Assembly (NCBI GenBank): GCA_000934665.2
Contig: KZ538424.1
Coordinates: forward strand, 52,599 to 72,598
Length of the DNA: 20,000 nucleotides
Direction of reading: 5' to 3'
DNA from: Catajapyx aquilonaris
Taxonomy: Eukaryota
Position numbers and translations under genes: made by a program. The notes beneath the pieces were generated by a model that made no database searches, was not told the DNA's origin, and saw only the letters and a list, made by a program, of their open reading frames with translations. Positions 10,130 through 20,000 of this stretch are shown here, one piece after another; within the stretch, counting starts at the first letter, position 1, and each line of letters opens with the position of its first letter.

Positions 10130-10307
10130 AGGTGCATTTACATATGAGCGATTTGACGAGCGAAGCCTTCGCCAAGCAGTAACATCGCTGAGTAACCCAA
10201 GTAACCAGTATTGTTTCAGGCGAATATCGTTCTTTACTTTCACCTCAAACAATATTGGTTACTTCGCTCTGCTTCACTTGTCAAATCGCTCACATGTAAA
10301 CACACCT
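10130..10307. mobile_element. PIF/Harbinger (Tourist-like) MITE, 178 bp
   Basis: 37-bp TIR AGGTGCATTTACATATGAGCGATTTGACGAGCGAAGC versus AGGTGTGTTTACATGTGAGCGATTTGACAAGTGAAGC. TTA TSD (10127-10129, 10308-10310). A second internal inverted pair AAGTAACCARTATTGTTT is present. Confidence 0.85.
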
Positions 10308-13300
10308 TTATTCTTTTATTTTGGTAGGACAAGCTTTGAAAATATTGAGTAAATGATAAGGGGATACTCACATAGGTGTGTGTGTGTACACTGTAAATGA
10401 TATGCAGAAGTATACAGGGCAGCTCATCAAATTTTTTGCTAAAGTCCACCTAACCATTAAGAAGCAAGTCACACTAATAATGGGAACAAAGGTATTGGCA
10501 GTCCGAACTGATACGTATACAGGTATGTAATACACTTATTTGGTGAGTGTCCCCTAGGTAAATGATAACATCCTACTGAAAAATTAGTCAGATAATTATG
10601 ATTGTCATTTTGGTAATGGTGAGCTTGGAGTATAAAATCCTGCCTTCGGTGTAGCACATCAGCTGCGGCTACTTAGATGTTTGTATTATAACCATTACAG
10701 TGAAACCTCCTTAATTCATAATTATACTAATTTGAAATGTCTTAATTGGAAGGTGTCTTGGATCCCTAGGTCAGTTGATATACAAGTGCACATGAGCTTT
10801 ATTGGATAATTTAAAATTCGTGTAATTCTCAAGTCAATTTAATGCATACAGTTTTGAGGTCTGAGCTTCAAATCGTATCTGGTCATCTTGCAGTTATGCT
10901 TTCCGAATTCAAGCAAATGAAAAGACCTCTTTCAAATAACCACAAGTGTCACGTTATGCAAATGGCCAATCAGCAGGTGTTTGGGCCATTGGCATATGAA
11001 AATGTTACGTTTCTCTTGGCCATGTGTGTATCGACACATGACCAAAGGCCTTTTTTTTGAGAAAATGATACTTTTGGTTGTCCAAAGGGTCACCTGAGTA
11101 GCAAGCCTGGTGCATTCATGTGAATCACAGGGCTGTATATTTGGACATATAGGCAAAATAGCTCTCAGCTTTGCCCTACCATTACGTGTCCATACATAAT
11201 TTACCCTGAAAAAGTCCAACTGCTATTGGCAGGGATTCCCCTTGGGAATAGGCAACCTGTGTGTTGTCTGTGTGTGGCTAAAATCGAAACATTTTTGACA
11301 CTAATATGATTCCACAAATAGTGATCCATCACTGTTAATCCAATTATTGGATATCCTACAATTGCATAACTGATTTGAACCGAGTCCTTGAAATGGCCAT
11401 GCACACTTTTCGGCATGGTTCCCTCCATAGTGGAAAGTAACTGTTGTAACAATGGTCACTTAGCAAAATGCAATTATTATTGCATATTTTGATATTTACA
11501 CAGTTCTCTGTCCAGACAGAATTAATGCAAAAAGTGCATCGTACACGTGGCACAATAATAATAATAATAATTGTTAATACCTATCACAACTGCAGGTTAG
11601 GAAAACAGATGAATATGTACTATTTTAATGTTTCCTGACTATCCTGGTGTAAATAGAGGGAGGCAAGTGTTCTTGTAATTTTAAGTGACAACCTTGGTCC
11701 TTGAGTTTGGAATCAATGATGTTCCACTGCATGTATTTTTCCCTTTGTAAATGTAAAAGTAAAGCAAAACATCCACTGAAAAGCCTACATTTCACTAAAG
11801 CAAATATCATGCTGACAAGCAAAAATAAGCTTACTGATGCTGATTCAGTACCAGCACTAACCTCAGTACTTTTATATGCAAGTAATTAAGGGATAAATGC
11901 AGAATTTGCTTTTCTCAAGTGGGAGGGGCAACAGGATGAAGATAGGCAGCTTAAACATCATTTTCCCTACTTAATCATGCAGTCACTTGGAAATGCAGGT
12001 GTGCATTCTTTTAATGACTGGATCTATACACTTTGGCAAGAGTTGACTTTGAATGAGCTCGCCAATTAATATACTACCAAGGAACCTTTATTAACCATAA
12101 ATCACAGTTTCAATCAAAGGCGGATGATCAAAAGTACTCACCATTAGACAACCACTCACAATAATATGAACTTTGCCCATCCAGCACCACAAAGAAAAGG
12201 GTGCTCGTAGGAGCATTAGCTTCATAAGATTATAAGAATGCCTGGAAAGTGACACTGAGCTCATATCACCCCCTTTTCATTGCATGCCCTGCCTGTAATC
12301 ATGCATGCGCTCGTGTGTGTAATTTCCAATTTTATCTACTCTCCCTGAAAGACAGCAACTAATTTGGTGCTCATAGTTAATGGATTTTTAGAACTGTCTA
12401 GATTTTAAGCAAAACTGGTCTGATTTACAGCTTATGAAGGCTCCTCAATAGCACTTAACCACATTCAAATAACATTGTGACGTCAATGACTTCGACAAAA
12501 TAAAAGTCAACATTCACCTTATTTAGATTCTCTTAATACTAGAAATTCGCCATACTTAACAATACATAAACAATGATTAAAGCCAAATATATAACCACTG
12601 ATACATCTGTACAATACACCTGCAATGTAAATCTTAATGGTGAAGATAATGTGCCACATTCAATGAAGCTTTCAACCACTCCCAACAAATAGATCGTAAA
12701 CATTTGAAATATTGAATGAGAAAAGGAATTTTACAGTTTAGGAAAATCAGGGACAACAGTTGATAGCAAGAGACAAAGATGAACAATTGTACAGAAGATC
12801 GCATTGAGAAATACTGCAAATGGTCAGCCATGCAGATTTATATTGGAAATGACTTGTTTACCATCACACATACTGAACTTCAGCCTGACGGGTCATCCAT
12901 AAATTCCATTTAATCACACACCTGCTGATAAAAAAGATGAGGTTTTGCCTAAAAAACACGATTCAACCATATGCTGGTAACTCTAAGGAATGGTTCAAGA
13001 AAGGACCATTTCTATGATACCATTTTGTGCAACTGCCAATTGACATGCTCTCTTCCTCTCCTCCCCCCTTCCCCCTCAAAAAAAGTATTTGGAATGGTTC
13101 TTTGGCCAGGTAACACGAACACCCTTAAGGCTGGGTAGTCATAAGAAAAGGGAAGTATTTTCATAAGTTACAGTGTAACAGCTATATGGGTAAATAGAGT
13201 ACAATATACAGAACAACAATGAATAAGACCTTTAGACAATACGTATTCCCTTTACTCTGATCACAGCCCACCTACATAATCCATGCCTGAACAAAAAGCT

Positions 13301-14203
13301 TGTGTTCACCAACATCTTTCATAATTTATGGATGGCCCGCTATTTGTAATTTTTCTCATTCCAAGATGTAGAGTACACAAATTTGAAACCATTTTCCCCA
13401 TGTAAATTTATATAATTCATCCCTCTTGTTACGTCATATACTTTTGGGAGTACAACGCAACCTACAGAGGGTTTATAAAGATACAATCACCTCTGTTTGG
13501 CACAATTATACAAATTAATAGATGGTAATTATTGCCTGTGGTACACTAGATGTCAGTAGTCTCATACTAACACTTATAATTAACCATAATATATTTAAAA
13601 ATTAAATGACTTACATGATTCTACACATTAGCAACCTTATCAACTGGTTCCATTCAAAATACAGTACACGGCATGCACATTTTTGTATCAGTGTGGCACA
13701 TGTATCAAAAGGTTATGCCCCTGGGACATATGGCAATAACATTGTTTAGGACTTACTATCTCAATAAAATGTATCTAATGCTGGTTAGCAAAACCTCTTA
13801 TACTTGACAGCTTTTGCTTATCCTAACTGTAGCTCACATATCAATATGGCAGAGTTAGTTGCAGTTGCCTGCACACATGATCATAGTCCCAAAGGAATGG
13901 CCATCTTTGGCTGCAGAATTGAAAGCTGATGTATTACAAATCCAGACTACATGACTTTGTCAGGGCAAGCTGACTGGGGGGAAAGGACGGTCGTGGTCTG
14001 TATGGGCAATCGGCCGAAGGCCGGGCCTAAATGGAGTCCAGTATATGGAATCTAGTACCTGCAATAGTTTAGTGGTCAAAAATTGCTAGTGTTTTTTCTT
14101 GCTCCTAGGGATTGAACCAGGGATGTCAAGACTTGTTTGCTACCATTATATAATCCCTCCAGGGTGATAGGAGTCAGGCTGCTTGTGATAGGTCTGCTCT
14201 TAA

Positions 14204-14588
14204 GGGTGGGATAAAGGTCCCGGGGCTTATGGAGGTTGACATGTTAAATGTCGGGCCTAATAACTCCGTAATTACTGAACAGAATGACATGAAATTTTTG
14301 ACACAACACGACACAACAACCCTCATCACGGCTCTGTTGAGCGAAACCTGTTTTAGGGATTCAGTTAATTATGAAAACCACGAAACTGAGAGGAATTTGA
14401 AGGGATGTGAGGAAATAATGTCCTGTGAAGAATAAGGACCAAATGAGCAAAATCGCTCAACATAGCCGTGACAAGGGTTGTCGTGTCGTGTCAAAAATTT
14501 CATGTCATTCTGTTCAGTAATTACGGAGTTATTAGGCCCGACATTTAACATGTCAACCTCCATAAGCGCCGGGACCTTTATCCCACCC
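14204..14588. mobile_element. Kolobok-like MITE (385 bp) with ~140-bp TIRs
   Basis: TTAA TSD (14200-14203, 14589-14592). Termini GGGTGGGATAAAGGTCCCGG; arms are almost identical over the first ~105 bp. TTAA with 5'-purine termini points to Kolobok rather than piggyBac (5'-CCY). Confidence 0.85.
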
Positions 14589-15483
14589 TTAACAGGGTTA
14601 TCCTTCAACGTCAGGAGAGGAATTCAAATGCAGAAATTCTGGCACTGATTTATTTGAGGTCCAGGTGGTCCATTCCTGGCTGGCCTCAGTCGATGTTTCA
14701 GTTATTTTATTCTGTTACCTCAATTCACCATGAATAACAAAATATTTTTGCCTGGATATGTATTTAGTGGTTAGCCAGCAACACATTGGAGAGGTTCATA
14801 TGTATGTAAATCATGTATGGAGAGAGAACTATAATAACACGAGCATACAAGTGCAATCCACGAAGTACAAAAAACTAGTTTCGAGATAATCAAATGCAAC
14901 AGTCAAAAGTATGGCAGGTTAGGTTAAAGCAGAATCAAGTAGTAAAAAAACTTAGGTTTGCATGCCATAATTGCATAACTTTTTTGTTCATTGTCATATT
15001 TTTTGGGTTGAAATAGGGTTTATCTCCATGCTGCTTCATTAACAAAAGTGCTCAGTTATTTGAAGTGATTTGAAAACCAGCTATTGTTGCACTATCACAG
15101 TCGCTTTTTTGCCAAGCCATGGCATTCTTGGCTCCAAACCGTCCTTGATGGCCATGTCCCCTAATTGCATCATTTCCCCCTCCCGACTTAGTTACCATAG
15201 TCTTTCCCAAATCCAAGTGACCATGATTAATACAAAACAAAACAATATACATTTCTTCATTTTGATGGGGTTTTCTGGGTGTTTTTTTTGCAAAGGAAGG
15301 CATATTATCCTGTTAAGAACTACAAGTCCATCCCAAGTTGATAATTTGTTTACTTTTGCAATCACAGTGTGAGTGGAGAAATTACTCTTGAAAGGTGTCA
15401 AGATGGTTTTTGTTTTAACTTGTCTTGAGCATGCAGGTGGCATACTATATGGCCTTGCATGCATAAGGGTAGTTGTTTTATAC

Positions 15484-16164
15484 TAGTGCTTCTACATATC
15501 CGGATATCCGAACCTGAATCCGAACCCTCTTCCCAGATCCGCACTATCCGGATAGTGTCGGACGGTCCGGGTAGTCCGGGTTTCAGATCCAAAACTTTGT
15601 AACTATCCGGATCTTGGGTTCCGTATCGTGGGTGTAGGGTAATAAAAAGAGTTCATACATGAACAGTCTCTTCTTTAGTTAGAGAAATGTCAATTATTTC
15701 AATTACATTCACAACATACATTATGAAATGAAGACTATTATAGCTTCCATAGTACCGTTGAAAGAAAGTGCAGTGTTACCTAGACGTAATCGAATTTATT
15801 TGACTTATTTCATAGAAATAAACCCTACAATCCTAAGCCCACACATGAAAAAAAAAAAGAGAAACCCAGGATTGAGATACACTAGGCCTTTGGGATGGAC
15901 CATTTGACTGGAGGTTTTTACCTGCTTCCAATAAATGCGTTTTTAATTATGCGAATAAAATATACTCATTTCTCACAACAAATGTTCGATCACGATCCTC
16001 GGATCCCGATGGGTACAAAGTGTCTCGGACCGGAACCGAAACCCGGACTATCCGGACCGTCCGACACTATCCGGATAGTGCGGATCTGGGAAGAGGGATC
16101 CGAAACAGGCTTGGATATCCGGATACCGGACAGTCCGGGAATCCGGATAGATGTCGAAGCACTA
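15484..16164. mobile_element. Non-autonomous hAT element (681 bp)
   Basis: Exact 8-bp TSD TTTTATAC (15476-15483, 16165-16172). TIR TAGTGCTTC(T/G)ACAT. Dense subterminal TCCG/CGGA repeats and a long internal inverted block (CCCTCTTCCCAGATCCGCACTATCCGGATAGTGTCGGACGGTCCGG). AT-rich non-coding core. Confidence 0.92.
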
Positions 16165-16365
16165 TTTTATACCAATAGCAACTGCCACTCCCTAACTACC
16201 AATCACCTCGCAATAACAAAAATCTTCATTAAGTCCTGCACATTCTTGCCCTTAATAAATTATCGTCACCCATGTTGCACCACATAGTGCATCAACTCTT
16301 AGATTAGCTTTCTCCTGAAATCAAAGTCAGCTATAACTGTTCCCTTGGCACCCTATGACTATGTA

Positions 16366-17383
16366 CAGGATGAAGGGAAACTCATGTACAATCGCCAGGT
16401 AAACTTATAGTACTCGCAAAACTAATATAGGGATGTGCAATTAGTTTTTGGCTCCGTTGCGTAGTTAACTCTTTCCCCGCCGTGTCAGTCCTCCACAGAC
16501 AAATCCTGACAAAAATTTAGAGATTTTTTTTTTTGCAAAACATCTATCAATCATACATGAATGCAGTTTTCGGCATATTCACAAGCAAAGCACACAGAAT
16601 TCAACACAAAAATCACATACTCAAGTGCTTTGTTGGAATTTTTCGGATGACGTCATCTTCCAGCGGCCATATTGGAAAGTTCTATGCTCAGTGATAGAGA
16701 TTGTATGAATTCTACCTCAATTGTGAGACTTTAGAAACGAGTTAGATCGGATCCTAAGCCATATTTTGCATATAATCGTTCTTTGAATCTGTAAATTTCA
16801 CCGCTTTGGTTTTTTCTGACCCCCCGAGTAGCTGCGTATATGTAGTTAATAGCTGTTACGTTGCGCACGGCCTAGATCATGGGAGCTGAGTAGTAGATCT
16901 GGCGGGAGCAGCGATTCAGTCAGTTCGAATGATATACGCAGCATGGGGCTAACACATCGCCTTGGTGAGATATTGAATTTTTTAAATACGATTATGTCAA
17001 GTGGTTGGGGAGTAGCGGCAACGCCACGGCGGTTTAAGAGTTAATGCGTACGGTGCCTTTTAAGTGTAGAGGGCAGGATGGTGGAATATGATGCAAAAAC
17101 GACAGAGTGCACGGAAGTCGTACCCAGATTCTTACTCTGACGGGATTTGATTGCCTTTTGCACATGGACGATGTGTTAGGGGACCAAGACAAGGGACCGG
17201 AGGCCCTCGAACTGACTTTTGCTTCTTAGAAGCTGGCGGAATGGATGTGACGTCATGAAACTTTGACGGTGCTGTACGCTTTAACTATGCAACGGAGCCC
17301 AAAACTAATTGTACATCCCTATATTAATTTTGTGGGGACTATAAGTTTACCTGGCGATTGTACGCAAGTTTCCCTTCACCTTG
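16366..17383. mobile_element. Tc1/mariner-like MITE with >100-bp TIRs, interrupted by a nested insertion
   Basis: TA TSD (16364-16365, 17384-17385). Termini CAGGATGAAGGGAAACT and CAAGGTGAAGGGAAACT (consensus CAGGGTG). Arms 16366-16468 and 17281-17383 align. Confidence 0.88.
16469..17040. mobile_element. piggyBac-like non-autonomous element (572 bp) nested in the mariner-like MITE
   Basis: TTAA on both sides (16465-16468, 17041-17044). TIR CTCTTTCCCCGCCGTG versus CTCTTAAACCGCCGTG (13/16). Removing it restores the host arm symmetry. Confidence 0.8.
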
Positions 17384-17747
17384 TATAGTCCATCACCACC
17401 TTAACTCTCTGCATAACTGTAACTCAACTATTTTTTAGAACATAATATTATAATAACCTTATAATTAAAAATAATCCTTTCAGACACACAAAATTTTTAT
17501 CACTGAATGTATCATTGCATACATTTCCAACAGAACTACGATAATACGGATGCTTGAATGCAATCAAATCATATGGACTATCACATTGCACTTAAATATA
17601 CTACCCTCTGGCATTAAAATGCCTGCTGCCTTTTAAGCCCTTCTTTGAAAACTCCCTGTGATAAAGAATGAGCAATGTGTCATCTACATAAAACACCACC
17701 AAACCATGCAAATGGTCCAAAGCTGACAAAAAGATCTGGCCTGCAAA

Positions 17748-17906
17748 TCAGTCTTCCAAGGTGACATTTTTGAACAAATACGACATGGACTCTTTGTTGT
17801 GGATGCGACGGATGGCCTCTGATAGGAGAATGCTGATGTCCACTGTCTTGATCTTATGGCACTGCATCTTTTGCAGCTCATGGGGAACGGTGTTGGTGAC
17901 CACCAC
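17748..17906 (-). CDS. PRPSAP: Last coding exon of PRPSAP
   Basis: AG acceptor at 17907-17908. Translates as [55 protein letters not shown], in frame with the previous exon across a 189-nt GT-AG intron, and matches the known PRPSAP C-terminus. Not in the ORF track. I found no further upstream exon in the window. Confidence 0.95.
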   Translation of the reverse strand: MVVTNTVPHELQKMQCHKIKTVDISILLSEAIRRIHNKESMSYLFKNVTLED

Positions 17907-18095
17907 CTATTTCATATAACATTAGATATAACAGGTGCATTGTATAAGGCATAAGATTTGCATAATATCTGGATTGTGAGACTTCAGTGGAAAGGATATT
18001 TCACTCAACAAATGTCAAAAGTTAGCACTTTAAACGACATCATTAGCCTCATCTGACTTTAAATGCCTAATGTGGACAAATATTATATTACAGAC

Positions 18096-18242
18096 CTCAT
18101 CAATTGGTGAATCTTCAATAAGCCGTGGTGCATCTGAGGAAAGCAATCCATGGGTTGCCAGAACGTAGATTTTATAGGCCCCACGTTCCTTAAGAACCTC
18201 AGCTGCAGCCACAAAAGACTGTACGTCATCTACCAAATCATC
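18096..18242 (-). CDS. PRPSAP: Penultimate coding exon of phosphoribosyl pyrophosphate synthetase-associated protein (PRPSAP1/2 homologue)
   Basis: 49 codons, [49 protein letters not shown]. Bounded by an AG acceptor (18243-18244) and a GT donor (18094-18095), phase 0/0. DDLVDDV replaces the catalytic PRPS DDMADT.GT loop, which marks the non-catalytic associated protein. Confidence 0.95.
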
Positions 18243-18670
18243 CTGCAAATGGATTTGTAACAATTTCTTTATAGTATTCATGTCTTGGGATTTGTCCATT
18301 GCTTCATTGTCTATTTGAATTGTGTAATCAATGAATTTAGATGCTAGTACATTTAGGCCTCGTTGTTATAAGTGTTTGGTCCAAACTTCTTCACCCATTC
18401 CCAAAATTTTAAATAAACCTTCAACTTGTTTTATCCAGCTGATGCTTTTTGAGCATATAATTTTTGGCACTCGTTTCCCCCAAACAAGTCTAAAATGTAG
18501 TGGGAAGAAATGTCGAGGGACCAACCAGAAACAAGGTCGACAACCAGAAACATTGGCCTTCCCAGTATTTCTGAATCGGTGGGTCTTAACCCCTTCGCTA
18601 CCAGATAGGCCCGAACCACACAGATTTCAGCTTATGCGTACTCCGAAGATACGGACAAGATATTTTACAA

Positions 18671-19307
18671 ATAATAACAGCTGTACTTACCCGATCTGGG
18701 AAAACACTATGATGTGTCTGAAACCATTTTACTTGTCTAGAAGTGCCCAAATTAAATTCGAAAGAAAGGCTATAAAAACTGTAAATCAGAGTACTGCCAA
18801 CCAACTGTTAGGTGGGTTTAATTATGAAATGCGTGCAATTATGCAGAATAACAACCTTGAGAACCATGCCAGAGGAATTTGCTGAAATCGTCGTACTTTT
18901 CGAGAAATAAATTAATACTGATTTGGGGCTTTCTGGCATTTAGGAAAACTCCCAAATGAGTATGAGATGAATTTGCTGAAATCGGCGTACTTCATGACAA
19001 ACAAATAAATTTGGGAGTTTTTCGAAGTTTCCGAGTTTGCCGGAAAGCCACAAATAAGTATTAATTTATTTCTCGCAAAGTACGGCGATTTCAGCAAATT
19101 CTTCTGGCATGGTTCTCAAGGTTGTTATTCCGCATATTTTCACGCATTTCATAATTAAATCTGCCTAACAGTTGGTCGGCAGTACTCGGATTTACAGTTT
19201 TTATGCCCTTTTTTTCGAAATTAATTTTGGGACTTCTAGACGAGTCAAGTTGTTCCAGACACATTCATAGTGTCTTCCCAGATCGGGTTAAGTACAGCAG
19301 TTATTAT
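18671..19307. mobile_element. 637-bp fold-back element in the PRPSAP intron, superfamily unassigned
   Basis: Arms of about 290-300 bp (18671-~18957, ~19009-19307) align as reverse complements, with termini ATAATAAC(A/T)GCTGTACTTA. Spacer is about 50 bp. No clear TSD. Confidence 0.85.
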
Positions 19308-19569
19308 GGGTGACACAGTGGCATAGTGGTTAGCGCCTCAGCCTTTCACCTCTGCCGTCCCGAGTTCAATCCCCAGATTGCACAGAGGATACTTATGTGG
19401 ATAGAGTTTCGATGGGTTCTCTCTGTGTTCGCGTGGGTTTTCTCGGGGTTCTCCCATTTCCTCCCACTATCAAAATCCATCACATTACAGGCAAATGATT
19501 AAAGTAGGTGAATTAAAAGATGATTCCCTAAAAGGCCCAAGAAGGCCTATCACGGGTTATCATTATTAT
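19308..19569 (+). mobile_element. tRNA-derived SINE with V-domain-like core
   Basis: A box TGGCATAGTGG (19319-19329) and B box GAGTTCAATCCC (19362-19373). Core GTGTTCGCGTGGGTTTTCTCGGGGTTCTCCCATTTCCTCCCAC resembles the V-SINE domain, from memory. Ends in a short ATT tail. TTATTAT on both sides may be a TSD. Confidence 0.75.
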
Positions 19570-19583
19570 AGCTGTTACACCGA

Positions 19584-19850
19584 AGCAGGTTGGCATAGTG
19601 GATAGGGCGTCCGACTGCTAATCGGGAGGTCCTGGGTTCGAATCCCGGGGCCGGCACCTCTGACCGTGGTTTTCTGTGGTTTCCCACGGTCCTTCCAGGA
19701 TAATTCCGGAGTTGCTTCCGTAATTAATAGGCCACAGCTGCTTCCTTCCGTCCCTATCCTATCCCAAAGAGCACACTAAAATGAAAAGCAAAGAGTTCCA
19801 GGGAAAAAAAATTCCCCCCTAAAGAGCCTATGGCTGATAACGGGGTATGA

Positions 19851-19902
<52 letters not shown>
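19584..19902 (+). mobile_element. Second tRNA-derived SINE with a different body and an (ATT)17 tail
   Basis: A box TGGCATAGTGG (19591-19601), B box GGTTCGAATCC (19635-19645), partial cloverleaf. Body GGTTTTCTGTGGTTTCCC..CCAGG..GGCCACAGCTGCTTCCTTCC resembles locust Lm1-type hexapod SINE bodies, from memory. Confidence 0.8.
19851..19901 (+). repeat. (ATT)17 microsatellite, probably the SINE tail
   Basis: 17 perfect ATT units immediately after the SINE 3' stem-loop. Confidence 0.97.
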
Positions 19903-19904
<2 letters not shown>

Positions 19905-20000
19905 ATCCTCCTGAGACCCGGCGTCCAGTATACTGGACATCTGGAAAAGTTTTTTTGGCGCCAACTAGTGATGCCAACAGAACTGTAATCTGTTGGTATC

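Noticed and set aside
9690..10830. pogo/Tigger-like termini AGGTTCCACTGTA (~9815-9826) and TACAGTGAAACC (~10696-10707)
   Set aside because: They face outward, so they are not a pair, and no partners were found. At most two solo remnants.
10921..11057. Octamer ATGCAAAT plus CCAAT and a 12-bp hairpin as a promoter or MITE
   Set aside because: Short motifs expected by chance; no linked gene start or convincing TIR/TSD.
14011..14023. CGGCC-GAA-GGCCG mini-hairpin as a Helitron end
   Set aside because: No CTRR terminus at the expected short distance and no other support.
14229..16287. Near-identical peptides on opposite strands (MEVDMLNVGPNN..., PSDTIRIVRIWEEGS)
   Set aside because: Artefacts of MITE inverted repeats; no protein-like features.
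17684..18299. ORF-track calls 17684-17881 and 18030-18299 as whole genes
   Set aside because: The first is the wrong frame of the last PRPSAP exon; the second is an exon extended into intron on both sides.
18331..18885. 184-aa plus-strand ORF
   Set aside because: Antisense to a PRPSAP intron, crosses into the fold-back element, and has no recognisable domain.
19584..19656. tRNA gene with anticodon GCT (Ser)
   Set aside because: The acceptor stem pairs poorly, the long variable arm expected for tRNA-Ser is absent, and it runs straight into a SINE body with no oligo-T terminator.
19776..19964. Poly-Asn ORF
   Set aside because: Translation of the (ATT)17 microsatellite.
1..20000. CRISPR array, prokaryotic operon or autonomous transposase/RT
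   Set aside because: No regularly spaced direct repeats, the PRPSAP gene has spliceosomal introns, and the only long ORFs are the two IRs.

Overview
Eukaryotic, most likely arthropod (pancrustacean) genomic DNA; the taxon is inferred from gene content. The window holds two tandem, intronless, minus-strand paralogues of the divergent ionotropic receptor (IR, iGluR-like chemoreceptor) family at 27-2042 and 7077-~9146. It also holds the last two coding exons of a minus-strand PRPP-synthetase-associated protein gene (PRPSAP; 18096-18242 and 17748-17906). The remaining DNA is crowded with short non-autonomous transposons identified by termini and target-site duplications (TSDs): Tc2/pogo-like, PIF/Harbinger-like, Kolobok-like, hAT-like, and a Tc1/mariner-like MITE carrying a nested piggyBac-like element. 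There are also two unclassified fold-backs (637 bp and 109 bp), a 5'-truncated non-LTR insertion and two adjacent tRNA-headed SINEs. A 21-N assembly gap lies at 10080-10100. I see no evidence of a wholly new multi-gene system. The best leads are the IR pair (shared C-terminal FLW, conserved upstream blocks), the covarying SINE 3' stem-loop, the unclassified fold-backs, possible fold-back-rich PRPSAP 3' UTR read-through, and CpG decay in the repeats. All alignments were done by eye.
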